This document shows, piece after piece, positions 18,401 through 29,056 of a DNA stretch of 42,345 nt. The DNA is taken from IMG/VR virus record IMGVR_UViG_2609460346_000006, positions 1 to 42,345 of that record. The stretch is one strand, 5' to 3'. The notes below the pieces were generated by a model that worked only from the letters and a program-made list of their open reading frames with translations, was not told the origin of the DNA and searched no databases. How positions within the stretch are numbered: the stretch's first letter is position 1; each line of letters opens with the position of its first letter. The DNA comes from a virus (taxonomy: Duplodnaviria; Heunggongvirae; Uroviricota; Caudoviricetes). Made by a program: the position numbers and the translations under genes.

Positions 18401-18897
18401 TGTCGCCATCATTACGCAAGGCTATTGCTGCTGCTATTGGTGGTGGGGCTGTTGCCATAGCGTCTGTGCTCATCACTGGTCCGAGTGGTGACGATGGCCT
18501 GGAAGGTGTCAGCTACATACCATACAAAGATATCGTTGGCGTATGGACTGTATGTCACGGACACACCGGAAAAGACATCATGCTCGGTAAAACGTATACC
18601 GAAGCAGAATGCAAAGCCCTCCTGAATAAAGACCTTGCCACTGTCGCCAGACAAATTAACCCGTACATCACAGTCGATATACCGGAAACAACGCGCGGCG
18701 CTCTTTACTCATTCGTTTACAACGTGGGCGCTGGCAATTTCAGAACATCGACGCTTCTTCGCAAAATAAACCAGGGCGATATCAAAGGCGCATGTGATCA
18801 GCTACGGCGCTGGACATACGCTGGCGGTAAGCAATGGAAAGGGCTGATGACTCGCCGTGAGATTGAGCGTGAAGTCTGTTTGTGGGGGCAACAATGA
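18400..18897 (+). CDS. SAR endolysin (lysozyme, R21 type)
   Basis: 165 aa; N-terminal Gly/Ala-rich signal-anchor-release segment then lysozyme catalytic region (…[19 protein letters not shown]…). Confidence 0.9.
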   Translation: MSPSLRKAIAAAIGGGAVAIASVLITGPSGDDGLEGVSYIPYKDIVGVWTVCHGHTGKDIMLGKTYTEAECKALLNKDLATVARQINPYITVDIPETTRGALYSFVYNVGAGNFRTSTLLRKINQGDIKGACDQLRRWTYAGGKQWKGLMTRREIEREVCLWGQQ

Positions 18898-18985
18898 GCA
18901 TGATTTGCTTTTTCATGGCAGCGTTGCTCGCATTGAATGGCAACGATGCGTGGCCGTGGTTTCTGGCCGTTGGGGTGTTGATGTC

Positions 18986-19423
18986 ATGAGTCGGTTAACC
19001 GCGATTATCTCCGCTCTGATTATCTGCATCGTCGTCTGTCTGTCATGGGCGGTCAATCATTACCGTGATAACGCCATGACCTACAAAGAGCAGCGCGATA
19101 AGGCCGCATCCACAATCGCTGACATGCAGAAGCGTCAACGTGATGTAGCAGAACTTGACGCCAGATACACAAAGGAGCTTGCTGATGCTAATGCGACTAT
19201 CGAAAGTCTCCGTGCTGATGTTTCTGCTGGTCGTAAGCGCCTGCAAGTCGCCGCCACCTGTGCAAAGTCAACGACCGGAGCCAGCAGCATGGGCGATGGA
19301 GAAAGCCCAAGACTTACAGCAGATGCTGAACTCAATTATTACCGTCTCCGAAGTGGAATCGACAGGATAACCGCGCAGGTTAACTACCTGCAGGAATACA
19401 TCAGGACGCAATGCCTTCGATGA
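18986..19423 (+). CDS. Rz i-spanin
   Basis: 146 aa from internal ATG; N-terminal TM (…[18 protein letters not shown]…) and coiled-coil periplasmic domain; DLP12 RzpD-like. Confidence 0.85.
   Translation: MSRLTAIISALIICIVVCLSWAVNHYRDNAMTYKEQRDKAASTIADMQKRQRDVAELDARYTKELADANATIESLRADVSAGRKRLQVAATCAKSTTGASSMGDGESPRLTADAELNYYRLRSGIDRITAQVNYLQEYIRTQCLR
19185..19370 (+). CDS. Rz1 o-spanin lipoprotein embedded in Rz (+1 frame)
   Basis: 61 aa with lipobox …VVSAC… and Pro-rich mature region, entirely inside Rz; start could be 19185 or 19191. Confidence 0.75.
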   Translation: MLMRLSKVSVLMFLLVVSACKSPPPVQSQRPEPAAWAMEKAQDLQQMLNSIITVSEVESTG

Positions 19424-19563
19424 TAGCGATAATTTTACTCATCATCCTTCACATCTGGCTCTGTAGACAGGGTGATGATCACTTCTGGAGTGAATCCAGA
19501 TTAAACATCTCATTGCTGATGCTTGATATTGAGCATCTGGCGCGCGGTAAGGGGCTGCGTTGA
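19420..19563 (+). CDS. Small hydrophobic ORF translationally coupled to Rz (47 aa)
   Basis: ATG overlaps the Rz stop (ATGA); N-terminal hydrophobic segment [14 protein letters not shown]; found by manual translation. Confidence 0.25.
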   Translation: MIAIILLIILHIWLCRQGDDHFWSESRLNISLLMLDIEHLARGKGLR

Positions 19564-19597
19564 GATAAGAGCCAGTCATTACAAATACCAGGATTTA

Positions 19598-19622
19598 GCC
19601 TCGCATTTGCGGGGCTTTTTTA
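19598..19622 (+). terminator. Rho-independent terminator after the lysis cassette
   Basis: Stem GCCTCGCA/TGCGGGGC followed by TTTTTT. Confidence 0.6.
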
Positions 19623-19769
19623 CATCTGCAGTAAACCGCGCATCGCAGCGCGTAACAATCCCGAGTCTTTCAGAAAGCTGAGCCTGAGAATTGCCGTATA
19701 TGGTGGCGACCATCTCGGGGACGGCTTTTCTGTGCGAACAGGCTCATCTTTCTAAAAGGTAAAGACGCA

Positions 19770-20312
19770 ATGAACTACCCAACCGTTGTTAACGATATAG
19801 ATTTCAGAGACCTAATTTTTGTAGCAAACAACGATCCGGTTACAGATTCTTTTATGGTGGCAAAAGCATTTGGAAAGCTGCCGAAGAACGTGGTTCGTGA
19901 CATTGAACGAACCATAGAAGCTTGCCCTCCTGAGTTTGATACAAAGCTCAACTTTGAGCTTTGCTATAAAAACAATGAGTTACAGAATGGTAAGCCGCAA
20001 AAATTCTACCGTCTCCGCAAGGATGGGTTGATGCTTTTGGTTATGTCCTACACCAAAAAAGAAGCAATGCGTATCAAAATTGCTTACATCAACGCATTCA
20101 ACTGGATGTACGCCATGCTTCAGGTTGGTCATCGTCAATTTGAAGAAGAGAGAAATGCCGTAATGCTGGAGTACATGAAAGAGAAGGATGTTGCCAGCAT
20201 GTCAGGTCGCCTGCTAAATCGCTGGGGAAAAATTAAGAAGCCTCAGCTACTGGCGAGAATTGAACGCCTTGAACAGCACGGGCAAACCGTAATCCCCGGA
20301 CTCACTAATTAA
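19770..20312 (+). CDS. Rha-family phage regulatory protein
   Basis: 180 aa; N-terminal region with the …KNVVRDIERTIEA… pattern typical of the Phage_pRha domain. Confidence 0.65.
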   Translation: MNYPTVVNDIDFRDLIFVANNDPVTDSFMVAKAFGKLPKNVVRDIERTIEACPPEFDTKLNFELCYKNNELQNGKPQKFYRLRKDGLMLLVMSYTKKEAMRIKIAYINAFNWMYAMLQVGHRQFEEERNAVMLEYMKEKDVASMSGRLLNRWGKIKKPQLLARIERLEQHGQTVIPGLTN

Positions 20313-20539
20313 CGGCAGTACAGCGAAACAACCCAAGCCAGAAAGTGGGGAAATAACACTGGCAGCCACTGAAAGATGAACCTCCAGCCTTATGGCAAAA
20401 AAGATTCTTTGTGGTGGCGGACTGATGGAAAGACATCGGTTATTGCAGAGACCATTCAATGAGTGGTCTCGACAATGGCTTATACCCTACACGGGATAAC
20501 TTAACTGATATCCCTTTTAACGGATAAACGGAGCCAACA

Positions 20540-20782
20540 ATGGCAGAGATTATTCCCATGACTGAAGAACAGAAATTCCAGTTAGAGATTTACAAGCTGG
20601 TCATGAACCAGAACGCAGCTGCAGAGGAAGCATTTCAGTTCATTGGCACTGACGAGCTGAAGCTTGAGCTATTCAAAATTCACTTCCAGTCAGGTGGCGC
20701 TAATTCAGATATCACGACCCGAACTATCGAAGCGGTGCGTAAATCGAAGGAAGCGTTAGACCTGTTCACTACCGGAGCATAA
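20540..20782 (+). CDS. Hypothetical protein upstream of terminase
   Basis: 80-aa ORF with RBS, acidic/helical; immediately precedes TerS. Confidence 0.45.
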   Translation: MAEIIPMTEEQKFQLEIYKLVMNQNAAAEEAFQFIGTDELKLELFKIHFQSGGANSDITTRTIEAVRKSKEALDLFTTGA

Positions 20783-20784
20783 AC

Positions 20785-21225
20785 ATGGCGCGCCCAACAA
20801 AGTATCAAGAGGCGTATGCCGAACAGGCACGCAAACTGTGCTTGCTGGGCTACACCGATGCAGAACTTGCTGATTTCTTTGAAGTCAGTGAGTCAACTAT
20901 TAACAAGTGGAAGCTTGATTATCCTAAGTTTTCGGAGTCCATAAAAAAGGGTAAGGCCGTCGCTGATGCAGAAGTTAGTGACCGTCTTTATCAACGCGCT
21001 ATGGGCTTCGTGGCTCCAGACATCGATATTCGTGTTATTGAAAACAGAATTGTCGAAACTCCGCTTGAGAAGTATTACCCGCCTGATACAACCGCCGCCA
21101 TCTTCTGGCTTAAGAACCGACAGAAGGATAAATGGCGCGACAAGGTTGATCACGAATTAACAGGCAAAGACGGCGGCGCAATCCAGATTGAAACATCACC
21201 GATGAGCACTCTATTCGGAAAATGA
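20785..21225 (+). CDS. Terminase small subunit
   Basis: 146 aa with N-terminal HTH-like segment (…LGYTDAELADFFEVSESTINKWK…); overlaps TerL start. Confidence 0.7.
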   Translation: MARPTKYQEAYAEQARKLCLLGYTDAELADFFEVSESTINKWKLDYPKFSESIKKGKAVADAEVSDRLYQRAMGFVAPDIDIRVIENRIVETPLEKYYPPDTTAAIFWLKNRQKDKWRDKVDHELTGKDGGAIQIETSPMSTLFGK

Positions 21226-22634
21226 CCTCGATTAATCCTATCTTTGAACCGTTTATTGAGGCGCATCGCTACAAAGTCGCCAAAGGCGGTCGAGGTAGCG
21301 GTAAGTCATGGGCAATTGCGAGACTGCTTGTTGAAGCGGCGCGTCGGCAGCCAGTGCGTATTCTCTGCGCTCGTGAACTGCAAAACAGTATCAGCGATTC
21401 GGTAATCCGGTTGCTTGAAGATACCATCGAGCGTGAAGGGTATTCGGCTGAGTTTGAAATTCAGCGTTCAATGATTCGTCATCTCGGAACGAATGCTGAA
21501 TTCATGTTCTACGGCATCAAAAACAACCCGACGAAGATTAAATCGCTCGAAGGTATTGATATCTGCTGGGTGGAAGAAGCGGAAGCGGTAACGAAGGAAT
21601 CATGGGATATCCTGATTCCAACCATCCGTAAGCCGTTCTCTGAAATATGGGTGAGCTTCAACCCTAAGAACATCCTCGACGATACCTATCAGCGATTCGT
21701 CGTAAATCCTCCCGATGATATTTGTCTGCTGACGGTGAACTACACCGACAACCCGCATTTTCCTGAAGTTCTCCGTCTGGAGATGGAAGAGTGTAGACGC
21801 AGAAATCCGACACTGTATCGTCACATCTGGCTTGGTGAGCCGGTAAGCGCAAGTGATATGGCAATCATCAAACGTGAATGGCTTGAAGCCGCAACCGATG
21901 CGCACAAGAAACTCGGATGGAAAGCGAAAGGCGCTGTTGTCTCTGCGCATGATCCATCAGATACAGGGCCGGATGCTAAAGGTTATGCATCGCGTCACGG
22001 TTCGGTAGTTAAGCGCATTGCCGAAGGTCTGCTGATGGACATCAACGAGGGTGCTGACTGGGCTACTTCGCTGGCTATTGAAGACGGCGCTGACCATTAC
22101 CTGTGGGATGGTGATGGTGTTGGTGCAGGTCTACGCAGACAGACAACGGAAGCGTTCTCCGGTAAGAAAATCACCGCCACGATGTTCAAGGGCAGCGAAT
22201 CGCCATTCGATGAAGATGCTCCGTATCAGGCCGGAGCATGGGCTGATGAAGTCGTACAGGGCGACAACGTTCGCACTATTGGCGATGTATTCCGCAATAA
22301 GCGAGCGCAATTCTATTACGCGCTGGCTGACAGGCTGTATCTGACATATCGGGCGGTTGTTCACGGTGAGTATGCAGACCCCGACGACATGCTGAGTTTC
22401 GACAAAGAAGCGATAGGCGAGAAGATGCTGGAGAAGCTGTTTGCAGAACTTACGCAGATTCAGCGCAAATTCAATAACAACGGGAAGCTGGAGCTTATGA
22501 CTAAGGTCGAAATGAAGCAGAAGCTCGGTATTCCATCTCCTAACCTGGCTGATGCGCTGATGATGTGTATGCATTGCCCGGCATTGGTCCGCGAAGAAAC
22601 AGAAATATACGTTCCCTCATCCTCCGGTTGGTAA
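21222..22634 (+). CDS. Terminase large subunit
   Basis: 470 aa; Walker A (…KGGRGSGKS…), nuclease C-domain; ATGA coupling with TerS. Confidence 0.9.
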   Translation: MTSINPIFEPFIEAHRYKVAKGGRGSGKSWAIARLLVEAARRQPVRILCARELQNSISDSVIRLLEDTIEREGYSAEFEIQRSMIRHLGTNAEFMFYGIKNNPTKIKSLEGIDICWVEEAEAVTKESWDILIPTIRKPFSEIWVSFNPKNILDDTYQRFVVNPPDDICLLTVNYTDNPHFPEVLRLEMEECRRRNPTLYRHIWLGEPVSASDMAIIKREWLEAATDAHKKLGWKAKGAVVSAHDPSDTGPDAKGYASRHGSVVKRIAEGLLMDINEGADWATSLAIEDGADHYLWDGDGVGAGLRRQTTEAFSGKKITATMFKGSESPFDEDAPYQAGAWADEVVQGDNVRTIGDVFRNKRAQFYYALADRLYLTYRAVVHGEYADPDDMLSFDKEAIGEKMLEKLFAELTQIQRKFNNNGKLELMTKVEMKQKLGIPSPNLADALMMCMHCPALVREETEIYVPSSSGW

Positions 22635-22636
22635 AC

Positions 22637-24763
22637 ATGGCAGAGACATTAGAGAAAAAACATGAGCGGATCATGCTCAGGTTTGACCGCGCCTATTCTC
22701 CACAGCAGGAAGTGCGCGAAAAGTGCATTGAAGCTACGAGGTTTGCTCGTGTCCCCGGAGGTCAATGGGAAGGAGCAACGGCGGCTGGAACTAAGCTTGA
22801 TGAGCAGTTCGAGAAGTATCCTAAGTTTGAAATCAATAAGGTAGCAACTGAACTTAACCGCATCATTGCAGAATACCGCAATAACAGAATCACCGTTAAG
22901 TTTCGTCCTGGTGACAGAGAGGCAAGCGAAGAGTTAGCCAATAAATTAAATGGTCTGTTCCGTGCTGACTACGAAGAAACTGATGGTGGTGAGGCTTGCG
23001 ATAATGCATTTGACGACGCTGCTACTGGTGGTTTCGGTTGCTTCCGTTTGACGTCTATGCTGGTCAATGAATACGACCCCATGGACGATCGTCAGCGCAT
23101 TGCTATTGAACCAATATACGACCCGTCGCGCTCTGTGTGGTTTGACCCTGACGCTAAGAAGTACGACAAATCTGACGCGTTGTGGGCGTTCTGCATGTAT
23201 TCGTTGTCACCTGAAAAATATGAGGCTGAATACGGAAAGAAACCTCCTGCTTCTCTGGACGTAACGTCTATGACCAGTTGGGAATATGACTGGTTTGATG
23301 CAGATGTTATTTACATAGCGAAGTATTACGAAGTTCGTAAAGAGTCTGTTGATGTTATCAGTTATCGACATCCAATCACTGGAGAGATTGCAACATATGA
23401 CAGTGATCAGGTCGAAGATATTGAAGATGAACTGGCAATAGCTGGATTTCAGGAAGTTGCAAGGCGCTCAGTGAAGCGCCGTCGTGTGTATGTATCAGTA
23501 GTGGATGGTGATGGTTTCCTTGAGAAACCTAGACGTATCCCTGGTGAGCATATCCCCCTCATCCCGGTTTATGGAAAACGCTGGTTCATTGATGACATTG
23601 AGCGTGTCGAAGGGCACATTGCAAAAGCAATGGATCCACAGCGTTTGTACAACCTTCAGGTTTCAATGCTGGCTGATACTGCAGCGCAAGACCCCGGTCA
23701 GATACCTATAGTTGGCATGGAGCAAATTCGTGGACTTGAGAAGCACTGGGAGGCTCGCAACAAGAAACGCCCAGCGTTCTTGCCGTTGCGCGAAGTGAGA
23801 GATAAATCTGGCAACATTATCGCTGGAGCTACCCCGGCAGGATATACACAGCCTGCGGTTATGAATCAGGCATTGGCTGCATTACTACAGCAAACCAGTG
23901 CAGATATTCAGGAGGTTACAGGCGGCAGTCAGGCCATGCAGCAGATGCCAAGTAATATTGCTCAGGAAACGGTTAACAACTTGATGAACAGAGCAGATAT
24001 GGCTTCGTTTATCTATCTGGACAATATGGCGAAAAGTCTTAAACGCGCTGGTGAAGTATGGCTGTCAATGGCGCGTGAAGTGTACGGTTCAGAACGTGAA
24101 GTGCGCATCGTTAACGAAGATGGAAGTGATGATATCGCTGTCATGAGCGCACAGGTTGTTGACAGGCAAACAGGGGCTGTTGTTGCGTTAAATGACCTTT
24201 CTGTCGGTCGATACGATGTGACGGTTGATGTTGGACCAAGCTACACAGCACGACGTGATGCAACGGTTTCTGTACTGACAAATGTCCTTAGCTCTATGCT
24301 TCCAACAGACCCAATGCGCCCGGCAATTCAGGGTATTATTCTGGACAATATCGATGGCGAAGGCCTTGATGACTTCAAAGAGTACAACCGAAACCAACTG
24401 CTGATATCTGGTATTGTAAAACCACGCAATGAGAAAGAGCAGCAGATTGTTCAACAGGCGCAAATGGCAGCACAAAGCCAGCCAAATCCTGAAATGGTTC
24501 TCGCTCAGGCGCAAATGGTAGCAGCGCAGGCAGAAGCGCAAAAAGCAACTAACGAAACTGCTCAAACTCAAATCAAAGCATTTACTGCCCAGCAGGATGC
24601 GATGGAGAGTCAGGCAAACACTGTCTATAAACTGGCTCAAGCCAGAAACATCGATGACAAAGCAGTGATGGAGGCAATACGCCTTCTGAAAGATGTCGCT
24701 GAGTCACAACAACAGCAATTCCAGTCACCACCACAGTCACCGGCAGACTTAATGCCGAGTTAA
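22637..24763 (+). CDS. Portal protein (P22 gp1-like)
   Basis: 708 aa from internal ATG 22637; conserved core resembling P22 portal (…RRRVYVSVVDGDG…GEHIPLIPVYG…) and Gln/Ala-rich C-terminal barrel region. Confidence 0.9.
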   Translation: MAETLEKKHERIMLRFDRAYSPQQEVREKCIEATRFARVPGGQWEGATAAGTKLDEQFEKYPKFEINKVATELNRIIAEYRNNRITVKFRPGDREASEELANKLNGLFRADYEETDGGEACDNAFDDAATGGFGCFRLTSMLVNEYDPMDDRQRIAIEPIYDPSRSVWFDPDAKKYDKSDALWAFCMYSLSPEKYEAEYGKKPPASLDVTSMTSWEYDWFDADVIYIAKYYEVRKESVDVISYRHPITGEIATYDSDQVEDIEDELAIAGFQEVARRSVKRRRVYVSVVDGDGFLEKPRRIPGEHIPLIPVYGKRWFIDDIERVEGHIAKAMDPQRLYNLQVSMLADTAAQDPGQIPIVGMEQIRGLEKHWEARNKKRPAFLPLREVRDKSGNIIAGATPAGYTQPAVMNQALAALLQQTSADIQEVTGGSQAMQQMPSNIAQETVNNLMNRADMASFIYLDNMAKSLKRAGEVWLSMAREVYGSEREVRIVNEDGSDDIAVMSAQVVDRQTGAVVALNDLSVGRYDVTVDVGPSYTARRDATVSVLTNVLSSMLPTDPMRPAIQGIILDNIDGEGLDDFKEYNRNQLLISGIVKPRNEKEQQIVQQAQMAAQSQPNPEMVLAQAQMVAAQAEAQKATNETAQTQIKAFTAQQDAMESQANTVYKLAQARNIDDKAVMEAIRLLKDVAESQQQQFQSPPQSPADLMPS

Positions 24764-24776
24764 CCAGGAGTAATCA

Positions 24777-25661
24777 ATGGAAAACGAACTGATCATCGAC
24801 GGTCAGGTTATTGACCTGTCTGAAACACAGGAAAATGCAGAAGAAACCATCATCCAAACAGAGTCACAGCCTGAGAATGAAAGCCAGGATGACAACGGAA
24901 AAGAGATGGCAACTGATCCTGAAAAAACCGAAGAGACACCAGAAGATTACGCCTTGCGTATTGGTGATGAAGAAATTCAGCTTAACGCTGACGATGATGA
25001 TCACATTGACGGGCAACCTGCACCGCAATGGGTGAAAGATCTTCGCAAAGGCTTCAAAGAAACACAGAAAGAAAACCGTGAGTTGCGCCGCCAGCTTGAG
25101 GAAGCGTTAGCCAAGCCTGCGGAACATCAGCAACCACAACCAGACGCTATTCCACCAAAACCGACTCTTGAGTCGTGTGATTATGACGAACAGGCGTTTG
25201 AACAGGCATTGACTGATTGGCATGAGAAAAAAGGCCGTGTCGAACAGCAGCAGCAACAAAAAATACGTCAGCAACAGGAATACCAACAGCGTTTCCAGCA
25301 AAGGGTAGAAGCGCATAAACAACGGGCAGCCAAACTTCCTGTGAAAGATTATCAGGAAATGGAGGCCATTGTTCTTAGTGAGCTACCACCAATTCAGCAG
25401 GAAATCATCATTCACTGTGCAGACGAAGGCTCTGAACTACTCGCCTATGGATTAGGTAAGAGCCAGCAATTACGCCAGCGTGTAGCCGCTGAGACAGATC
25501 CAATTCGCGCAGCATTCCTCTTGGGGCAGATTAGCAAACAGGTAAGCCTTGCCCCAAAACCAAAGAAAGCCATCAAGCCAGAGCCGGAAGTACGCGGTGG
25601 CGGTGCTGATGCGAAACAAGACGAATTCAACAAATTATGCCCCGGCGCAAAAATCGAATAA
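24777..25661 (+). CDS. Scaffolding protein
   Basis: 294 aa, highly acidic, Gln-rich coiled coil; between portal and coat as in P22/Sf6. Confidence 0.8.
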   Translation: MENELIIDGQVIDLSETQENAEETIIQTESQPENESQDDNGKEMATDPEKTEETPEDYALRIGDEEIQLNADDDDHIDGQPAPQWVKDLRKGFKETQKENRELRRQLEEALAKPAEHQQPQPDAIPPKPTLESCDYDEQAFEQALTDWHEKKGRVEQQQQQKIRQQQEYQQRFQQRVEAHKQRAAKLPVKDYQEMEAIVLSELPPIQQEIIIHCADEGSELLAYGLGKSQQLRQRVAAETDPIRAAFLLGQISKQVSLAPKPKKAIKPEPEVRGGGADAKQDEFNKLCPGAKIE

Positions 25662-25672
25662 GGAAAAGATAA

Positions 25673-26944
25673 ATGCCTAACAATCTCGACAGTAACGTCA
25701 GTCAAATCGTTCTGAAAAAATTCCTCCCGGGTTTTATGTCAGATTTAGTTCTGGCGAAAACCGTAGACCGTCAGTTGCTGGCAGGTGAAATCAACTCCAG
25801 CACTGGCGATAGCGTTAGCTTTAAACGTCCGCATCAATTCTCATCCCTCCGTACTCCCACTGGTGATATTTCAGGGCAAAATAAAAACAACCTGATCTCA
25901 GGTAAAGCTACGGGGCGTGTAGGTAACTACATCACTGTTGCTGTTGAATATCAGCAACTGGAGGAAGCGATCAAGCTTAACCAACTGGAAGAAATTCTCG
26001 CGCCGGTTCGCCAGCGAATCGTTACCGACCTTGAAACAGAGCTTGCTCACTTCATGATGAATAACGGTGCGTTGTCACTTGGTAGCCCCAATACTCCAAT
26101 CACCAAATGGTCTGATGTTGCGCAGACGGCATCTTTCCTGAAAGACCTCGGCGTTAATGAAGGTGAAAACTATGCTGTAATGGATCCATGGTCTGCACAG
26201 CGACTTGCTGATGCGCAGACTGGTTTGCGCGCTTCAGATCAATTGGTTCGTACTGCATGGGAGAATGCACAGATCCCAACCAATTTTGGCGGCATTCGCG
26301 CACTGATGTCTAATGGGCTTGCCTCTCGTACGCAGGGGGCATTTGGCGGAACACTGACAGTCAAAACACAGCCAACTGTTACCTATAACGCAGTTAAAGA
26401 CTCATACCAGTTCACTGTAACATTGACCGGAGCGACAGCCAGCGTTACAGGTTTTCTGAAAGCTGGTGATCAGGTTAAATTCACCAATACCTACTGGCTG
26501 CAACAGCAGACCAAACAGGCGTTGTATAACGGAGCCACACCAATTAGCTTCACTGCAACGGTTACTGCTGATGCTAATTCAGACAGCAGTGGCAATGTGA
26601 CGGTTACGCTTTCTGGTGTTCCGATTTATGACACTACAAACCCGCAGTACAACTCTGTAAGTCGTCAGGTAGCGGCAAACGATGCCGTATCTGTAGTAGG
26701 CACTGCTAGCCAGACAATGAAGCCAAACCTGTTCTATAACAAGTTCTTCTGTGGACTTGGCTCTATCCCACTGCCGAAACTGCACAGTATTGATTCTGCT
26801 GTTGCAACATATGAAGGTTTCTCCATCCGCGTACATAAATACGCAGATGGCGATGCCAACGTGCAAAAAATGCGCTTTGACTTACTGCCTGCATATGTGT
26901 GCTTTAACCCTCACATGGGCGGTCAGTTCTTCGGTAATCCGTAA
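25673..26944 (+). CDS. Major coat protein (Sf6/P22-like)
   Basis: 423 aa, strong RBS, position after scaffold, followed by a strong terminator; N-terminus matches Sf6 coat as recalled. Confidence 0.85.
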   Translation: MPNNLDSNVSQIVLKKFLPGFMSDLVLAKTVDRQLLAGEINSSTGDSVSFKRPHQFSSLRTPTGDISGQNKNNLISGKATGRVGNYITVAVEYQQLEEAIKLNQLEEILAPVRQRIVTDLETELAHFMMNNGALSLGSPNTPITKWSDVAQTASFLKDLGVNEGENYAVMDPWSAQRLADAQTGLRASDQLVRTAWENAQIPTNFGGIRALMSNGLASRTQGAFGGTLTVKTQPTVTYNAVKDSYQFTVTLTGATASVTGFLKAGDQVKFTNTYWLQQQTKQALYNGATPISFTATVTADANSDSSGNVTVTLSGVPIYDTTNPQYNSVSRQVAANDAVSVVGTASQTMKPNLFYNKFFCGLGSIPLPKLHSIDSAVATYEGFSIRVHKYADGDANVQKMRFDLLPAYVCFNPHMGGQFFGNP

Positions 26945-26948
26945 TAAC

Positions 26949-26975
26949 AAGGGGCTTCCGCCCCTTTTATGTTTT
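26949..26975 (+). terminator. Rho-independent terminator after coat gene
   Basis: AAGGGGC-TTCC-GCCCCTT followed by TTATGTTTT. Confidence 0.8.
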
Positions 26976-26986
26976 AAGGAAACAAT

Positions 26987-27172
26987 ATGGATCGCATGAG
27001 TGTATTCCTTGCCGCAGATAACGAATCCGGACATGTACAGGCCGTTATCGCAGAAAAAGACTTCCAGTTTTTCGAAAAGTTGGGCTTTGTTGCCTCAGTT
27101 GATGAATTGAAACCGACCAGTAAGCGAGGTCGTAAGGCGGCAGACAATGGCAACAGTACTGACAAAGGGTGA
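26987..27172 (+). CDS. Small hypothetical protein between coat and gp4-like genes
   Basis: 61-aa ORF with AAGGAAA RBS; overlaps the next gene start by 26 nt. Confidence 0.4.
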   Translation: MDRMSVFLAADNESGHVQAVIAEKDFQFFEKLGFVASVDELKPTSKRGRKAADNGNSTDKG

Positions 27173-27629
27173 GATCGTCCTTTTTGCGCTTCGTAAGTTT
27201 GCTATTGCTTCTAACGCATCGCTGACTGATGTTGAGCCGCAATCAATTGAAGATGGTGTAAATGATCTGGAAGATATGATGTCCGAGTGGATGATTAACC
27301 CCGGCGACATTGGTTACGCTTTCGCAACTGGAGATGATCAGCCATTACCAGATGATGAGTCAGGCCTTCCAAGAAAATACAAACACGCAGTAGGCTATCA
27401 GTTATTGCTGAGAATGCTATCTGATTACAGTCTTGAGCCAACTCCACAAGTTCTCAGTAACGCCCAACGCTCATATGATGCCTTGATGACCGACACTCTG
27501 GTTGTTCCTTCAATGCGACGACGTGGAGATTTTCCTGTAGGACAGGGTAATAAATATGACGTGTTCACATCTGACCGATATTATCCAGGCGATCTCCCTC
27601 TGATTGATGGCGATATCCCAAACGCATAG
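27147..27629 (+). CDS. Head-tail adaptor / tail accessory factor (P22 gp4-like)
   Basis: 160 aa; N-terminus parallels P22 gp4 (…TKGEIVLFALRKFAIASNASLTDVEPQS…). Confidence 0.85.
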   Translation: MATVLTKGEIVLFALRKFAIASNASLTDVEPQSIEDGVNDLEDMMSEWMINPGDIGYAFATGDDQPLPDDESGLPRKYKHAVGYQLLLRMLSDYSLEPTPQVLSNAQRSYDALMTDTLVVPSMRRRGDFPVGQGNKYDVFTSDRYYPGDLPLIDGDIPNA

Positions 27630-27637
27630 GTGAATAA

Positions 27638-29056
27638 ATGCCGATTCAGCAACTTCCGCTCATGAAAGGTGTCGGCAAAGACTTCCGAAATGCCGACTAT
27701 ATCGACTATCTGCCAGTGAATATGTTGGCTACAGCCAAAGAAATACTCAACAGCAGAGGATATCTTCGCTCATTCCCGGGTATTGCCAAACGTTCCGACG
27801 TGAACGGCGTATCGCGGGGCGTCGAGTACAACATGGCGCAGAATGCTGTTTATCGCGTATGTGGTGGCAAGCTGTATAAGGGCGAAAGTGAAGTCGGTGA
27901 TGTTGCCGGAAGTGGTCGTGTATCAATGGCGCATGGTCGGACATCACAGGCGGTAGGCGTTAATGGTCAACTGGTCGAGTATCGCTATGATGGCACGGTT
28001 AAAACCGTCTCAAACTGGCCTACAGACAGCGGATTCACGCAGTATGAGTTAGGCTCAGTCCGCGATATTACGCGCTTACGTGGGCGTTATGCGTGGTCAA
28101 AAGACGGCACTGATTCATGGTTTATCACTGACCTTGAAGACGAATCACATCCTGACCGATACAGCGCACAATATCGCGCAGAATCGCAGCCTGACGGCAT
28201 CATCGGCATCGGAACATGGCGAGACTTCATCGTCTGCTTTGGTTCATCGACGATTGAATATTTTTCCCTGACTGGTGCAACCACCGTTGGTGCCGCTTTG
28301 TATGTCGCCCAGCCATCACTGATGGTGCAGAAAGGCATTGCCGGAACCTACTGCAAAACGCCGTTTGCTGACTCGTATGCGTTCATCAGCAATCCGGCAA
28401 CAGGCGCGCCGTCTGTGTACATCATCGGCTCCGGTCAGGTATCACCAATCGCCAGCGCGAGCATTGAGAAAATCCTCCGCTCCTACACTGCTGATGAACT
28501 GGCTGATGGCGTGATGGAGTCTCTGCGATTTGATGCGCATGAGCTGCTGATTATCCACCTTCCTCGCCATGTTCTCGTGTACGACGCATCTTCAAGCGCC
28601 AATGGTCCGCAATGGTGTGTGTTGAAAACGGGCCTGTATAACGATGTGTACCGCGCTATCGACTTCATTTACGAAGGCAATCAGATAACGTGCGGCGATA
28701 AGCTGGAGTCCGTGACCGGGAAATTGCAGTTCGATATCAGCAGCCAGTATGGGCTACAGCAAGAACACCTGCTGTTTACTCCACTCTTCAAAGCAGATAA
28801 CGCCAGATGCTTTGATCTGGAGGTGGAATCATCGACGGGTGTTGCTCAGTACGCTGATCGCCTTTTTCTCTCTGCAACCACTGACGGCATAAATTACGGT
28901 CGTGAGCAGATGATTGAGCAGAATGAACCGTTCGTTTACGACAAACGCGTTTTGTGGAAGCGAGTCGGGCGCATCAGGAAAAATGTCGGCTTCAAATTGC
29001 GCGTTATCACGAAGTCACCTGTCACTCTGTCAGGCTGCCAGATAAGGATTGAGTAA
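27638..29056 (+). CDS. Tail accessory factor (P22 gp10-like)
   Basis: 472 aa, same length and position as P22 gp10. Confidence 0.8.
   Translation: MPIQQLPLMKGVGKDFRNADYIDYLPVNMLATAKEILNSRGYLRSFPGIAKRSDVNGVSRGVEYNMAQNAVYRVCGGKLYKGESEVGDVAGSGRVSMAHGRTSQAVGVNGQLVEYRYDGTVKTVSNWPTDSGFTQYELGSVRDITRLRGRYAWSKDGTDSWFITDLEDESHPDRYSAQYRAESQPDGIIGIGTWRDFIVCFGSSTIEYFSLTGATTVGAALYVAQPSLMVQKGIAGTYCKTPFADSYAFISNPATGAPSVYIIGSGQVSPIASASIEKILRSYTADELADGVMESLRFDAHELLIIHLPRHVLVYDASSSANGPQWCVLKTGLYNDVYRAIDFIYEGNQITCGDKLESVTGKLQFDISSQYGLQQEHLLFTPLFKADNARCFDLEVESSTGVAQYADRLFLSATTDGINYGREQMIEQNEPFVYDKRVLWKRVGRIRKNVGFKLRVITKSPVTLSGCQIRIE

Noticed and set aside
21600-22574. Antisense ORFs inside the terminase large-subunit gene (21600..21950, 22131..22574)
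   Set aside because: Embedded antisense within a well-supported gene with no RBS; typical six-frame artefacts. The same applies to 24188..24640, 32456..32824 and 41361..42257.
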